Shown here: one piece after another, positions 18,649 to 28,190 of the stretch
How the letters are laid out: every line of letters begins with the position of its first letter
Numbering within the stretch: position 1 is the stretch's first letter
From: Candidatus Nealsonbacteria bacterium
GTDB taxonomy: Bacteria > Patescibacteriota > Minisyncoccia > Minisyncoccales > CAZKCU01
Direction: 5' to 3'
Length of the DNA stretch: 64,000 nucleotides
Assembly: GCA_047456305.1 (NCBI GenBank)
Contig: CP179888.1
Coordinates: 253,307 to 317,306 of the forward strand
The notes under the pieces: model-generated
What the model saw: the letters and a program-made list of their open reading frames with translations, nothing else
Database searches by the model: none
What the model was told of the DNA's origin: nothing
Program-made: the position numbers and the translations under genes

Positions 18649-18704
18649 CCCCGTTAAATAATTCCGCTTTCAGCGGAATTGCTGCAAAGCAGCATTTAAC
18701 GGGG
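18649..18704. repeat. Nested three-way hairpin element, copy A
   Basis: 11-bp outer stem ccccgttaaat/atttaacgggg encloses the hairpins aattccgc-tttca-gcggaatt and gctgc-aaa-gcagc. Contains the yidD stop codon. Confidence 0.85.
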
Positions 18705-18908
18705 TAAATCTACTCCCCCAGGATTCCAAGGGTGACACTTTAATATCCTCTTTATTCCTTTTTTGGTGCCTATTACCGGGCCGTATCTCTTAATAGTTTG
18801 GTAGGTGTATTCTGAGCAACTGGGATAAAAACGGCATCTTTTACCAAAGTTTGGCGAAATAAAAATTTGATAAAATTTAATAATTTTTAAAATTATTTTT
18901 CCGAACAT
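18696..18908 (-). CDS. yidD: Membrane protein insertion efficiency factor YidD
   Basis: FYQIFISP...[19 protein letters not shown]...[17 protein letters not shown] 18908 preferred over the TTG at 18929. Confidence 0.9.
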   Translation of the reverse strand: MFGKIILKIIKFYQIFISPNFGKRCRFYPSCSEYTYQTIKRYGPVIGTKKGIKRILKCHPWNPGGVDLPR

Positions 18909-18917
18909 TTTTATCGG

Positions 18918-18939
18918 AGCACATAACAATTTATGTACT
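18918..18939. repeat. AGCACATAA/TTATGTGCT palindrome family, copy 2
   Basis: agcacataa-caat-ttatgtact lies between rnpA and yidD. Confidence 0.75.
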
Positions 18940-18943
18940 CGAT

Positions 18944-19282
18944 TTAGATTATTTTTGCTTTTTTAAAAAGCTTATTTACTATTTCCTTAATTTCCTGAAA
19001 ATCCTTGGTTTCCAATCCTGGCCTGGCTATTACTACTCCGTCTATCCCTTTTTTAATTTCATTTAGTTTTATTCTGACTGACTCTCTTAATCTTCTTTTT
19101 ATTTTGTTGCGTAAGGTAGCTTTTTTAAAGAAAGTTTTACTAACCACAAAACCAAAACGGCTACTCTTTAGATTATTTTTTACTTTTTTTAGAACCAAAA
19201 AATCTTCTTTAAATCCTTTTCCCTCTTTAAAAACTTTTTCAAAATCTTTGTTTTTTTTTAGTCGGTTTTCTTTAAACAACAT
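18944..19282 (-). CDS. rnpA: Ribonuclease P protein component
   Basis: 112-aa basic protein with [16 protein letters not shown]...[22 protein letters not shown], directly downstream of rpmH. Confidence 0.88.
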   Translation of the reverse strand: MLFKENRLKKNKDFEKVFKEGKGFKEDFLVLKKVKNNLKSSRFGFVVSKTFFKKATLRNKIKRRLRESVRIKLNEIKKGIDGVVIARPGLETKDFQEIKEIVNKLFKKAKII

Positions 19283-19319
19283 CTAAAAAAATTTAAAATG
19301 TTTAGCTCAGCTTGAGATT

Positions 19320-19454
19320 TTAGACTGTGAGTTTTCGTCTCCCTTTTTTCCTTCGTCTAGTTAAAATCCTTTTACCTCCTTTAGTTTTCTTTCTTCTCAA
19401 AAACCCATGGATACGTTTTCTTTTTTTCCTTTTTGGCTGAAAGGTAATACTCAT
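19320..19454 (-). CDS. rpmH: 50S ribosomal protein L34
   Basis: Not in the ORF track because it is 44 aa. Translation by hand gives [44 protein letters not shown], which matches the L34 signature TFQP..RKR...HGF. Confidence 0.93.
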   Translation of the reverse strand: MSITFQPKRKKRKRIHGFLRRKKTKGGKRILTRRRKKGRRKLTV

Positions 19455-19456
19455 AA

Positions 19457-19515
19457 TTCAAGAATATATATTTTTATTTCTTAGCGAATCAAGGTTCTCG
19501 CCGAAGGCGAGGTTC
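19457..19515 (-). repeat. Promoter-hairpin cassette, copy 1 (upstream of rpmH)
   Basis: Minus strand reads gaacCTCGCCttcGGCGAGaaccTTGATTcgctaa-N-tatatattcttgaattATG. Shares about 35 nt with the copy at 20260. Confidence 0.8.
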
Positions 19516-19581
19516 ATATTTCTATTTTACTTAAACTTATAACAAAGTCAATTCATTTCCTTGATTTGTCATGGCTGTATG

Positions 19582-19608
19582 ATAAAAGTCAGGCAAGTTT
19601 GCCTGACT
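19582..19608 (-). terminator. Rho-independent terminator after tRNA-Arg
   Basis: Perfect 10-bp palindrome agtcaggcaa/ttgcctgact, followed on the minus strand by ttttat. Confidence 0.7.
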
Positions 19609-19631
19609 AAGGACTTTCATCCCATTTAAGA

Positions 19632-19703
19632 TGCCCTCGGTAGGAATCGAACCTACATCTGAAGCTCCGGAGGCCTCTGTTTTATCCATTAAACTACGAA
19701 GGC
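19632..19703 (-). tRNA. tRNA-Arg (anticodon CCG)
   Basis: Hand-folded 72-nt cloverleaf. Acceptor GCCTTCG/CGAGGGC, D stem GTTT/AAAC, anticodon stem GAGGC/GCTTC with loop CTCCGGA, T arm GTAGG-TTCGATT-CCTAC, discriminator A. CCA is not encoded. Confidence 0.9.
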
Positions 19704-19746
19704 ACAAAAGGGACGGGGTAATTCTACATCTCTTTAATTACCCGAA

Positions 19747-20259
19747 TTATAATGAAGGGTGAAGAAGAGATTTATCTCTTCGACTATTATATCTAAGTTT
19801 GTTTATTTCGTAACCTGCTATCCCAAAAGATACAGCTATATTTAAAGACTCTTTTTTGCCAAACATTGGCAGAGAAACTACTCTATTAACTCTTTTTAAA
19901 ACAGATTTCGAAACTCCCTTTATTTCATTTCCTATTACCAGGGCTAAGGGAAATTTTGCTTTAAACTTGTTATAGGGTAAACTATTTTTTGTTTGTTCCA
20001 AAGCCACAATAAAAACTTTTTCTTTTTTTAATTTTTCAATAACTCCCCAGCATTTCCAGTGATATTCCCATTTTATCCAGTTCTCTGCCCCTAAGGCTGT
20101 TTTTGAAATTTTTGGGTGGGGAGGAGTACCAGAAATTCCACAAAGAAAAATCTTATTTATCCCTAAAACATCGGCTGTTCTGAAAATAGAACCTATATTT
20201 TCCAAACTTCTAATATTATCACAAACGACATAGAATAACAATTCCTTTTTTAACTTCAT
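19747..20259 (-). CDS. SpoU/TrmH-family RNA 2'-O-methyltransferase
   Basis: LENIGSIFRTADVLG..., LVIGNEIKGVS, SLPMFGKKESLNIAVSFGIAGYEI. The last ~15 codons run into a hairpin repeat. Confidence 0.85.
   Translation of the reverse strand: MKLKKELLFYVVCDNIRSLENIGSIFRTADVLGINKIFLCGISGTPPHPKISKTALGAENWIKWEYHWKCWGVIEKLKKEKVFIVALEQTKNSLPYNKFKAKFPLALVIGNEIKGVSKSVLKRVNRVVSLPMFGKKESLNIAVSFGIAGYEINKLRYNSRRDKSLLHPSL
19761..19782. repeat. GAAGAGAT-tt-ATCTCTTC hairpin repeat (inside the 3' end of the trmH-like CDS)
   Basis: gaagaagagatttatctcttcg. The identical core recurs at 34880..34900 and 53699..53716. Confidence 0.85.
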
Positions 20260-20316
20260 TTCAAGATTATATATTTATACATTAGCGAATCAAGGTTCTC
20301 GCCGAAGGCGAGGTTC
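20260..20316 (-). repeat. Promoter-hairpin cassette, copy 2 (upstream of the trmH-like gene)
   Basis: Minus strand reads gaacCTCGCCttcGGCGAGaaccTTGATT-16 nt-TATAAT-cttgaa-ATG. Confidence 0.85.
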
Positions 20317-20385
20317 TTATTTTAAGTATTTTTTAATTTTCTTAAAATCTTCTTCTAATAACTTTTTATTTTGATTTCTTGTCCA

Positions 20386-21270
20386 TTAAATTAATCTGGT
20401 AATTAGAAATCCAATTATCAAAAATAAGGCAATAGGCGGTAGGGCAGGGATAGGTCTTCGGATTTTTTGGCTGGCAAATATCCAAAAACTGAAAAAAAGA
20501 CCAAATAGGGCAAATAGGGCGACAATTAGAGAATTTAAAATTCCTTCAGAAACTAAAGAGGTACAAAGAAGTAAAGGAAAAGCTATGTCTCCTCCGCCTA
20601 AAATTAAGAATTTTCCTCCGGGTTTAACTGTTTTAAGATTTTCTTTAAAGTCAGAAATTTTGGAAGGAACAATTAAAGCTAAAATGGCTCGACTTTCAAT
20701 CATTTCTTTTGCCATCTTTATCATATGTTTGGTGATATTCACTGCGATGAAGTCATAAATTGAAAGGATTATTAAAAGAGCGACCACTATCAAGGGCTCA
20801 AGTCTTAACCCTAAAATGCTACCTACTCCAGCAATTCCGAAAATAATGCAAAGATTGTGAACCAAAATTGTTGGTCTCTTTAACCACCAAAATATTAAAA
20901 TTCCTGCCAAAAATAAAGCGAAAATGTCTAAAATCCATAAACTAAGCAAAAGCGCGCTTCCCCAGAAAACTACTAAAATAAAGATTCCCTTAAATAATAT
21001 TCCTCTTCCTTTTTTAAATTTCCCGAAAAAAGAAACAAGTAAAATTAAGGAAGTGGTTAAGAGAAAATAAAGAAGAAAGTGCCAAAGGGAAATAGCAGGC
21101 AAAGAGATCTCTTGAATTTCTGAGATTCTATTAATTTTGAAGCTAGCTATAATTCCTAAAACTAAAGTCAAAGAAAACAAAAAAGCCTCGAAGAAAAAAA
21201 TTCTCCAAGGGCTTTGAAGAAAGGTGAATTTTATTTCCCCCGGCTCTTTATTTTGATTGTTTTTTGACAT
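20386..21270 (-). CDS. Presenilin / signal-peptide-peptidase-like intramembrane aspartyl protease (A22 family)
   Basis: About 9 TM helices with all three signature motifs in order: YD (LSIYDFIAV), GxGD (LILGGGDIAFP) and PAL (RPIPALPPIAL). Confidence 0.75.
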   Translation of the reverse strand: MSKNNQNKEPGEIKFTFLQSPWRIFFFEAFLFSLTLVLGIIASFKINRISEIQEISLPAISLWHFLLYFLLTTSLILLVSFFGKFKKGRGILFKGIFILVVFWGSALLLSLWILDIFALFLAGILIFWWLKRPTILVHNLCIIFGIAGVGSILGLRLEPLIVVALLIILSIYDFIAVNITKHMIKMAKEMIESRAILALIVPSKISDFKENLKTVKPGGKFLILGGGDIAFPLLLCTSLVSEGILNSLIVALFALFGLFFSFWIFASQKIRRPIPALPPIALFLIIGFLITRLI

Positions 21271-21343
21271 TTTTGATAGATAAATCTACTAGACGTCCGA
21301 TAAGCTAATTTCCCCTTCTTAGCTTGCTTAGATGAGTACTTTT

Positions 21344-22531
21344 TCATACTAATTTGAGTAATTCTTTTACTTTATCTTTCTTTTCCCAGGTAAATTCCGA
21401 CTCTTCCCTGCCAAAATGACCATAACAGGCGGTTTTTCGATAGATGGGCCGCAAAAGATTAAGCTGTTTAATTATTCCGCTTGGTGATAAATCAAAAATT
21501 TTGGGAATAATTTTAACTAATTTTTCTTCAGAAACTTTTCCTGTTCCGAAAGTATCTACACTTACCTCTGTTGGCTTTGTTCCTCCAATGACATAAGACA
21601 GTCTAACTTGGCATTTTTCAGCTAAATTTGCTGCCACAATATTTTTGGCAATATAGCGAGCCATATAGGCTCCTGACCTGTCAACCTTTGTCGAGTCTTT
21701 CCCGCTAAAAGAGCCACCGCCAATAGGAATTTGGGGGCCGTAAGCGTCAACAACATTTTTTCTCCCTGACATACCAGTATCAGAGACCGGTCCCCCAATG
21801 ACAAAGCGACCGGTGTTATTAATATAAATTTTTGTTTTTTTGTCTAATAAATTCTTGTCTACCCAAATTTTTCTATTAAAAATTTGGGCAGATGAACAAA
21901 CAGGTTTAATTACTCTTTTAATAATATCTCTTTTAATTCGATTTAAAGAGACATCGGATTCATGCTGAGCGGCAATTACCACATTGTCCAATCTTTTTGG
22001 TCGGCTATTTTCATATTCTATAGTAACCTGAGATTTTCCATCCGGTCTTAAATAAGGTAAAATTTTCTTTTTTCTAATTTCAGCCAGCCTCATGACCAAT
22101 TTATGAGCTAAGATAATTGGCAAAGGCATCAATTCTGGAGTTTCGTTACAGGCATAACCTACCGAACTACCTTGGTCGCCAGCCCCTTGTTTTTTAGTTC
22201 CGGTTCTTCTCACTCCTCTGGCAATATCAGGCGATTGTCCGTGAATAGTATTAAAAACTCCTACTGTCTTATAATCAAAGCCGTATTCTGGCTTATCATA
22301 GCCAATATCTTTGATTACCTCTCTGGCTAAATTATTCACGTCAACCCAAGTTTTAGTAGTAATTTCTCCGCCAACTATTACATAGCCATTGCCAACCATA
22401 ACCTCACAAGCCACCCGGCCATATTTATCATCCTTTAAAACTGCATCCAAAACAGTGTCAGCAATTTGATCTGCGACTTTGTCGGCGTGTCCAATGGCAA
22501 CTGATTCTGAAGTGAGAAAATATTTTTTCAT
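21344..22531 (-). CDS. metK: S-adenosylmethionine synthetase
   Basis: [20 protein letters not shown]-like N-terminus, [26 protein letters not shown]. 395 aa. Confidence 0.95.
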   Translation of the reverse strand: MKKYFLTSESVAIGHADKVADQIADTVLDAVLKDDKYGRVACEVMVGNGYVIVGGEITTKTWVDVNNLAREVIKDIGYDKPEYGFDYKTVGVFNTIHGQSPDIARGVRRTGTKKQGAGDQGSSVGYACNETPELMPLPIILAHKLVMRLAEIRKKKILPYLRPDGKSQVTIEYENSRPKRLDNVVIAAQHESDVSLNRIKRDIIKRVIKPVCSSAQIFNRKIWVDKNLLDKKTKIYINNTGRFVIGGPVSDTGMSGRKNVVDAYGPQIPIGGGSFSGKDSTKVDRSGAYMARYIAKNIVAANLAEKCQVRLSYVIGGTKPTEVSVDTFGTGKVSEEKLVKIIPKIFDLSPSGIIKQLNLLRPIYRKTACYGHFGREESEFTWEKKDKVKELLKLV

Positions 22532-22593
22532 ATTTGAGTTATTTTATCATTTTATTTAAAAGTTTCAACCAGTCTTCTTTGAGCTCCAAGCCT

Positions 22594-23745
22594 TTACAAA
22601 AAAGGCGAAGGGTGAAAAGAAGTTAACCTTCTTTGAGCTTCAATTTTTTCTCGATTTGAAATTTTACTTTTTTGGATACCCTTCTTTATGAAATTTAGCA
22701 ATTTATCGTAGCATCTACGATCTACGAATTCCGGAGTTCCATCTTTCCCCCCGAACGCCCACGAGTATCTGGCTGGATCTTCATAAGAAGGTTTAGCTCC
22801 GTAAATTATTTCGCTGACTAGAGAAAGAGCCCGAATTGTTTTAGGACCTACACCTTTTAATGATAAAAGTTGTTCAAAATTTTTTGGCTCTTGAGATTTG
22901 GCAAAAAAGATGGTTTTTTCAAGCCGTTTCAAGTCAAATTTTTCTTTTTCTATGGGATGATGGTAAAATTCTACATCTTTTAATTCCATTTCGGTGAATC
23001 CTGCCATTCTTTTCTGCCTCATTAGAGAATTAGATTTTTCATTAATCAATTTAATATCTTTTAAAAATGTTTTTGGTTCCTTAGTTACCAATCCAGTTGA
23101 AATTTCTTTATTTTCTCTACTTTCTTTAGCAGTCAGATTTAAAGGTTTAACTTCAACATCAGAAATAATCCCTGAATGGGGTTCTTCAATAAAATCTTTG
23201 ACTTTAGAAGATAACCAGTGATATCTTCGAGCTTTTTGAAGACCTGTGTTCATTCCCTGTTGGACAATAGTATACTGGCCAGACTTTGAGAAAATTAAAT
23301 TATGATGATAGATAGAGAAATTATCCTGAATTAAAGCCGAGTCGACTTTGGCTGATATTTTGCTGGCGTAAATCATTTTGTCGATTTTCTCTATTGGCCA
23401 TCCTAAAAACTCTCCCCAATCCTGAATTTGCTGAGGAGTTTTTCTTGAAGTTTTTCCTTTCCCCCCGCAGATAAAAAGACCAAGGTCTGATTCTAAACCT
23501 CTTAATCCTTCTTTAAGAGCGCCCATTACTGTAGTAGTCAAGCCCGACGAATTCCAGTCAAATGCTAAAACACATCCAAAAGATTGAAACCAAACTGGAT
23601 CCGAAAGACGTTTCAAAAATTCCTCGGTTCCGAATTCCTCAACAATAGCTAAAACAATACCCCGCGACAATCTTTTCATCCTTTCAAATAGCCAATAGGG
23701 GCATCTTCCATAATCTAAGGGAACTGTGGCAATACCTGTTCGCAT
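22594..23745 (-). CDS. DUF763-family protein (archaeal-type, HhH-containing)
   Basis: MRTGIATVPLDYGRCPYWLFERMKRLSRGIV...FQSFGCVLAFDWNSSGLTTTV and HhH LKGVGPKTIRAL. Assigned from memory of the family pattern. Confidence 0.6.
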   Translation of the reverse strand: MRTGIATVPLDYGRCPYWLFERMKRLSRGIVLAIVEEFGTEEFLKRLSDPVWFQSFGCVLAFDWNSSGLTTTVMGALKEGLRGLESDLGLFICGGKGKTSRKTPQQIQDWGEFLGWPIEKIDKMIYASKISAKVDSALIQDNFSIYHHNLIFSKSGQYTIVQQGMNTGLQKARRYHWLSSKVKDFIEEPHSGIISDVEVKPLNLTAKESRENKEISTGLVTKEPKTFLKDIKLINEKSNSLMRQKRMAGFTEMELKDVEFYHHPIEKEKFDLKRLEKTIFFAKSQEPKNFEQLLSLKGVGPKTIRALSLVSEIIYGAKPSYEDPARYSWAFGGKDGTPEFVDRRCYDKLLNFIKKGIQKSKISNREKIEAQRRLTSFHPSPFL

Positions 23746-23809
23746 TATTTAATTTTATCAAAAAACCGGCTTTTGAGCCAGTTCCTATTTAGTATTATTT
23801 TTGTAAAAT

Positions 23810-24793
23810 TTATTTTTTAACTCTAGAAATTCTAATTAAACCTGAACAAGGAATAATCTCTATTCCTTTCTTTTCAAGTTCATCTAAAAATAGATTTACT
23901 CCCAAAGAATCGCTGCTCATATGGCCGGCAATTACTACATTGATGTTCGCACTTTCGGCTTCCTTCCGATGTTCTTCTGATTGATGCATTCCAATTATCG
24001 TACCGATTCCCGCTTGAGCCATTTTTTCATAAAGTTTTGGCGAGCCCTCAGTGCCACCAGTAATTTCAGTAAGGGCGATTTTACCACAGCGGTTTTCTTT
24101 ATCTCCCACAAAAATCTTAGGACCGGCCCCAATTTTAAGAGCCTCTTTATACTCTGGAATTTCTTTTAATAAATCCATTAAATCGTCAATCCTTTCTGGT
24201 TTTTCTTTTTCGATTAAATTTTTTAGAAATTTTGCTGCTAAATTGTCACAGGGGGTGTGAGAATTCATTAAATTCACTTTCAATAATTTAGCAGTATCAA
24301 CCGTTCTTTGATGGTTTAATTTATTCACTCCCCTGGACACTTCATCAATTCTTTCTTTCATCAACCCTTCGGCAATATTTATTGGGACTCCATAAAAATT
24401 TAAAACATCACATTGTAAATCCATCACATCTGCTAAATGAGCTAATCCCCTACCAAGAGGATGGTGAGAAATAATTAAGTCAATATCGCCAATTTCTTTA
24501 GCCAATAAAATCTCAGCTGGAGCAATATCAATGCCAATTAAAACTTTTTTAATTTCTTTGTCTTCAGCAATATTTAAAATTCTTGAATCTAAATAAGGAT
24601 TTTCTAAAGCTTCTTTGTCAAATTCTTCTTTCTCCTTATCCTCCAGTTTTTCATATTTTTCCCTTTTTCTTTCTAAAAACTTCTCTACTCCTTCTTTTCC
24701 TCTGAAATCTGCTTCAATCCCCATTTCTATAGCTAAGTTGTAAATCTCATTTATTTTCATTAGAATTTGTCCTTTCTCTCCCTTCTCCCACAT
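23810..24793 (-). CDS. Nif3/YbgI-family dinuclear-metal-centre protein
   Basis: DLIISHHPL motif, C-terminal VIAGHMSSD. An alternative start is ATG 24760 (MKINEIY...). Confidence 0.7.
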   Translation of the reverse strand: MWEKGEKGQILMKINEIYNLAIEMGIEADFRGKEGVEKFLERKREKYEKLEDKEKEEFDKEALENPYLDSRILNIAEDKEIKKVLIGIDIAPAEILLAKEIGDIDLIISHHPLGRGLAHLADVMDLQCDVLNFYGVPINIAEGLMKERIDEVSRGVNKLNHQRTVDTAKLLKVNLMNSHTPCDNLAAKFLKNLIEKEKPERIDDLMDLLKEIPEYKEALKIGAGPKIFVGDKENRCGKIALTEITGGTEGSPKLYEKMAQAGIGTIIGMHQSEEHRKEAESANINVVIAGHMSSDSLGVNLFLDELEKKGIEIIPCSGLIRISRVKK

Positions 24794-24965
24794 CAGACGC
24801 GGGAGAAGAAAAAGCAGGAGCGAGTTTTACTTTTTTAAAAAATTTTTGATATAATTCCTGAATTTGTTTTTCTTGTTCCTTTATGTCAAAAACTTCCCGG
24901 CGAATCCGAGCCTTTTCTTTGCGAATAAATTTCCTTAGGCTTTTGGGAAGTCTTCTCTTTACCAT
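24747..24965 (-). CDS. Small basic hypothetical protein
   Basis: 72-aa ORF MVKRRLPKSLRKFIRKEKARIRREVF.... Its 3' end overlaps the Nif3 start region. No family recognised. Confidence 0.35.
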   Translation of the reverse strand: MVKRRLPKSLRKFIRKEKARIRREVFDIKEQEKQIQELYQKFFKKVKLAPAFSSPASDVGEGRERTNSNENK

Positions 24966-25045
24966 AAATAAAAAACCACTTAAAAAGAATTAACATAATA
25001 TTTTGTATCTTAACTTAATTTAATTATTTTTTCAAGCAAAACTAC

Positions 25046-26482
25046 CTACTCTCCTTTAATTACAGCCAAGGGAACTAATTTTGCCACTTTTCTTGAGAGT
25101 CCAGCATTGTGAACTACTTCTACAACCTCATTAACATCTTTGTAAGCCAAGGGCGCTTCTTCAGCAATTCCTCGTATTGACCGGCACTTCACTAAAATCC
25201 CTTTTTCTTTTAATCTTCTAATCACCTCTTCTCCTCTAACCGCTCTCATTGCTGCATGTCGGGACATTGCCCTTCCGGCGCCGTGAGCTACGGTATGCCA
25301 AGCTTCTTTTGATTCTTCAATACCAGCTAAAACATACGAGGGAGTTCCCATTGAGCCAGGCAGGATAGCAGGTTGACCGGTTTCTCTATATTTCTCTGGA
25401 ATCTCAGGATGTCCTGGCGGAAAAGCTCTTGTTGCTCCCTTCCGATGAACTATTAATTTCATTTTTTTGCCATCAACCTCGTGTTCCTCAACTTTAGCAA
25501 TATTATGGGCAACATCGTAAAGTAATTTAAGTCCTCCCTTTCCCAAGACTGACTGCCAAACTTTTCTAATATAGTGGGTAATCATATGTTTATTCGACCA
25601 AGAATAGTTTGCCCCAGCACACATTGCCTTAAAATATCTTTGACCTTCTGAAGAATTGAATGGAACGCAGGCTAATTCTCTGTCTGGTAATTTTATTCTA
25701 TACTTTAACATAGCTTGCATCATTATTCTTATGTAATCGGTAGCAATTTGATGGCCAAGTCCACGAGACCCACAATGGACCATTACTACTATTTGGTCTT
25801 TAAATAGACCGAAAACTTCGGCTATCTTTTCATCAAAAACCTCTTCAATTTTTTCAATGCTACAAAAATGATTCCCACTCCCCAAAGTCCCAACTTGATC
25901 TCTTCCTCTCATTTTTGCTCGTTCTGAAACACAAGAAGCATCAGCTTCAATCATTCTCCCTTTCTCTTCGCAATTTTCAATATCCTCCTTCTCGCCATAC
26001 CCTTTTTCTACTAAATAAGGAACTCCTCCTTCTAAAATCTTATCTATTTCTTCAATTGAAAGTTTTATTTTTCTTCCTCGACCCAAACCCGAGGGAACCT
26101 CTCCCTGAATCTCAGTAGCTAATTTCTCTAAATAAGGTTTAATTTCTTTCTCAGTATATTCTGATTTTAATAATCTAATAGAGCACGAAATATCATAACC
26201 CACTCCGCCGGGTGATATTACCCCCTCAGGATATCTTGTAGCTGCTACCCCGCCGATAACAAAACCATAGCCGGTATGAGCATCGGGCATAGCTAAAGAA
26301 TATTTTACAATTCCCGGCAATGAAGCAACATTGATGATTTGCTTTATTGCGTCAGGTTCTATTTTTTCTAATAGTTTTCCTGAAACATAAAGTCTTGCCG
26401 GGACTCGCATATCAGCTCTGAAAGATTTCGGTATCTCCCATAAATAATCAGTTATTTTTTTGAAATCTTTTTTAGAAACCAT
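25046..26482 (-). CDS. rtcB: RNA-splicing ligase RtcB (3'-phosphate/5'-OH RNA ligase)
   Basis: PDAHTGYGF, GYDISC, GSGNHF, HCGSRGLGHQ, HRKGAT, PGSMGTPSY, HGAGR. 478 aa. Confidence 0.95.
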   Translation of the reverse strand: MVSKKDFKKITDYLWEIPKSFRADMRVPARLYVSGKLLEKIEPDAIKQIINVASLPGIVKYSLAMPDAHTGYGFVIGGVAATRYPEGVISPGGVGYDISCSIRLLKSEYTEKEIKPYLEKLATEIQGEVPSGLGRGRKIKLSIEEIDKILEGGVPYLVEKGYGEKEDIENCEEKGRMIEADASCVSERAKMRGRDQVGTLGSGNHFCSIEKIEEVFDEKIAEVFGLFKDQIVVMVHCGSRGLGHQIATDYIRIMMQAMLKYRIKLPDRELACVPFNSSEGQRYFKAMCAGANYSWSNKHMITHYIRKVWQSVLGKGGLKLLYDVAHNIAKVEEHEVDGKKMKLIVHRKGATRAFPPGHPEIPEKYRETGQPAILPGSMGTPSYVLAGIEESKEAWHTVAHGAGRAMSRHAAMRAVRGEEVIRRLKEKGILVKCRSIRGIAEEAPLAYKDVNEVVEVVHNAGLSRKVAKLVPLAVIKGE

Positions 26483-26505
26483 TCACTTAAAATTAATTAA
26501 AAATC

Positions 26506-27126
26506 CTAAAAAGAGGAAAATTTTAGAATTGTTTTAATGAAATATTGATGAACTCTAAGGTCATCTGTTAACTCGGGATGGAAAGTCAGGGCTAAAATAT
26601 TGTTTTTCTTTACTCCGATTATTTCATTTTTATATCTAACCCAAATTTTAGTCTCTCCCCAAACTTTTTCTATCGCTGGTGCTCGAATGAAAACTGTTCG
26701 GAAAGATTTACTACCGAGCTCTGGTATTTTGACATCAACCTCAAAAGAATTAACCTGCCGGCCATAAGCATTTCTCAAAACTTCCATTTCCATCAAACCC
26801 AACAAAATTGTGCCAGTTCGTTTAACTTGTTCATCTCCTTTTTTTGCCAATAAAATAGTACCAGCGCAGGTTCCCAAAATTGGCAACTCTTCTTTGGCCA
26901 GCTTTATTATTTTCTCTCGGATTCCGATTTTGAGCATCAATCTATTTATAGTCGTTGATTCTCCGCCTGGTATCACTAAGCCAAGAATATCGTTCAAGTC
27001 TTCTCTTTTTCTCACTATTACAACTTCTCCTTCAAGACCGAGTTTTTTCATTGCCTTTTCCAAAGCTTCAACATGCTCTGAAACCGCACCCTGTAAAGCC
27101 AAAACTCCTATTTTTAATCTCTTCAT
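26506..27126 (-). CDS. pdxT: Pyridoxal 5'-phosphate synthase glutaminase subunit
   Basis: [18 protein letters not shown] (catalytic Cys), FHPEL. Overlaps pdxS by 4 nt. Confidence 0.92.
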   Translation of the reverse strand: MKRLKIGVLALQGAVSEHVEALEKAMKKLGLEGEVVIVRKREDLNDILGLVIPGGESTTINRLMLKIGIREKIIKLAKEELPILGTCAGTILLAKKGDEQVKRTGTILLGLMEMEVLRNAYGRQVNSFEVDVKIPELGSKSFRTVFIRAPAIEKVWGETKIWVRYKNEIIGVKKNNILALTFHPELTDDLRVHQYFIKTILKFSSF

Positions 27127-28028
27127 GTGCTCCGAATTTGCATCAATTGATCCTTTGTTAGCGTTTTTATATCCAAGCTTGGCATTGCTTCTCCTAATCC
27201 TTTTGAAACTTCAGCTATCAATTTCGGATCGTCGTAGTGCAAAGTAGCTTCAACTATTACCTTGGCATATTTTGCCGGGTTTGAACTCTTAAATATTCCT
27301 GAGCCAACAAATATGCCATCGGCACCCATTTGCATCATTAGAGCAGCATCAGCCGGGGTGGCAATGCCACCAGCCGCAAAATTAACTACTGGCAACCTTC
27401 CTAATCTTCTTATTTCTTTAACCAATTTAAACGGAATCCGATATTCTTTGGCCTTTTTCTTAAGATGACCCTCTGACATTTTTTTCAAAGCTCCAATTTC
27501 TCTCTTTATCAGTTTCATATGTCTTACTGCCTCAACAACATTCCCCGTTCCAGGCTCTCCCTTTGTTCTGATCATAGCTGCTCCTTCATTTATTCTTCGT
27601 AGGGCTTCGCCTAAATTTCTTGCCCCGCAAACAAAGGGGGTAATAAATTTTCTTTTCTCGATGTGTTCCTCTTCGTCAGCCGGGGTCAAAACCTCGCTTT
27701 CATCAACCATATCCACACCCAAAGCCTGGAGAATTTGGGCTTCAGCAAAATGGCCAATTCGACATTTGGCCATAACCGGAATTGTTACTATCTCCATTAT
27801 TTCTTGGATCTTTTCTGGATCAGCCATTCTGGCCACCCCACCTCTTATCCTAATGTCAGATGGAACAGCTTCCAAAGCCATAACCGCCACTGCCCCGGCT
27901 TTTTCAGCTATCTTTGCCTGCTCAGCATTAATAACATCCATTATCACCCCACTTTTTTGCATTTTGGCAAAGCCCCTTTTTAGTCTCTCTGTTCCTCTAT
28001 TCTCAATAATTCTTTTAGTTATTTTCAT
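27123..28028 (-). CDS. pdxS: Pyridoxal 5'-phosphate synthase lyase subunit
   Basis: [62 protein letters not shown]. Confidence 0.95.
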   Translation of the reverse strand: MKITKRIIENRGTERLKRGFAKMQKSGVIMDVINAEQAKIAEKAGAVAVMALEAVPSDIRIRGGVARMADPEKIQEIMEIVTIPVMAKCRIGHFAEAQILQALGVDMVDESEVLTPADEEEHIEKRKFITPFVCGARNLGEALRRINEGAAMIRTKGEPGTGNVVEAVRHMKLIKREIGALKKMSEGHLKKKAKEYRIPFKLVKEIRRLGRLPVVNFAAGGIATPADAALMMQMGADGIFVGSGIFKSSNPAKYAKVIVEATLHYDDPKLIAEVSKGLGEAMPSLDIKTLTKDQLMQIRST

Positions 28029-28159
28029 AAAATATTATTTATGGGCAATAAATTGCTAATAGTCGGCTTTTAATATACCTATAATAACAAAAATTTTGAA
28101 TAAGAACAAGTTTTTAAAAATATCTTCTTTTTAATCTTACTTTAATTTTCCCTAAGAAT

Positions 28160-28187
28160 AAAAGCCCCGTAAAATACGAGGCTTTTT
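28160..28187 (-). terminator. Hairpin terminator after the GH130 gene
   Basis: aaagccccg-taaaata-cgaggcttttt lies immediately 3' of the stop on the minus strand. Confidence 0.5.
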
Positions 28188-28190
28188 AAA

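Noticed and set aside
26810-28059. Long + strand ORFs (26810..27247, 26955..27161, 27262..27468, 27661..28059, 27663..27983).
   Set aside because: They are antisense to the highly conserved pdxT and pdxS genes, whose identity is unambiguous.
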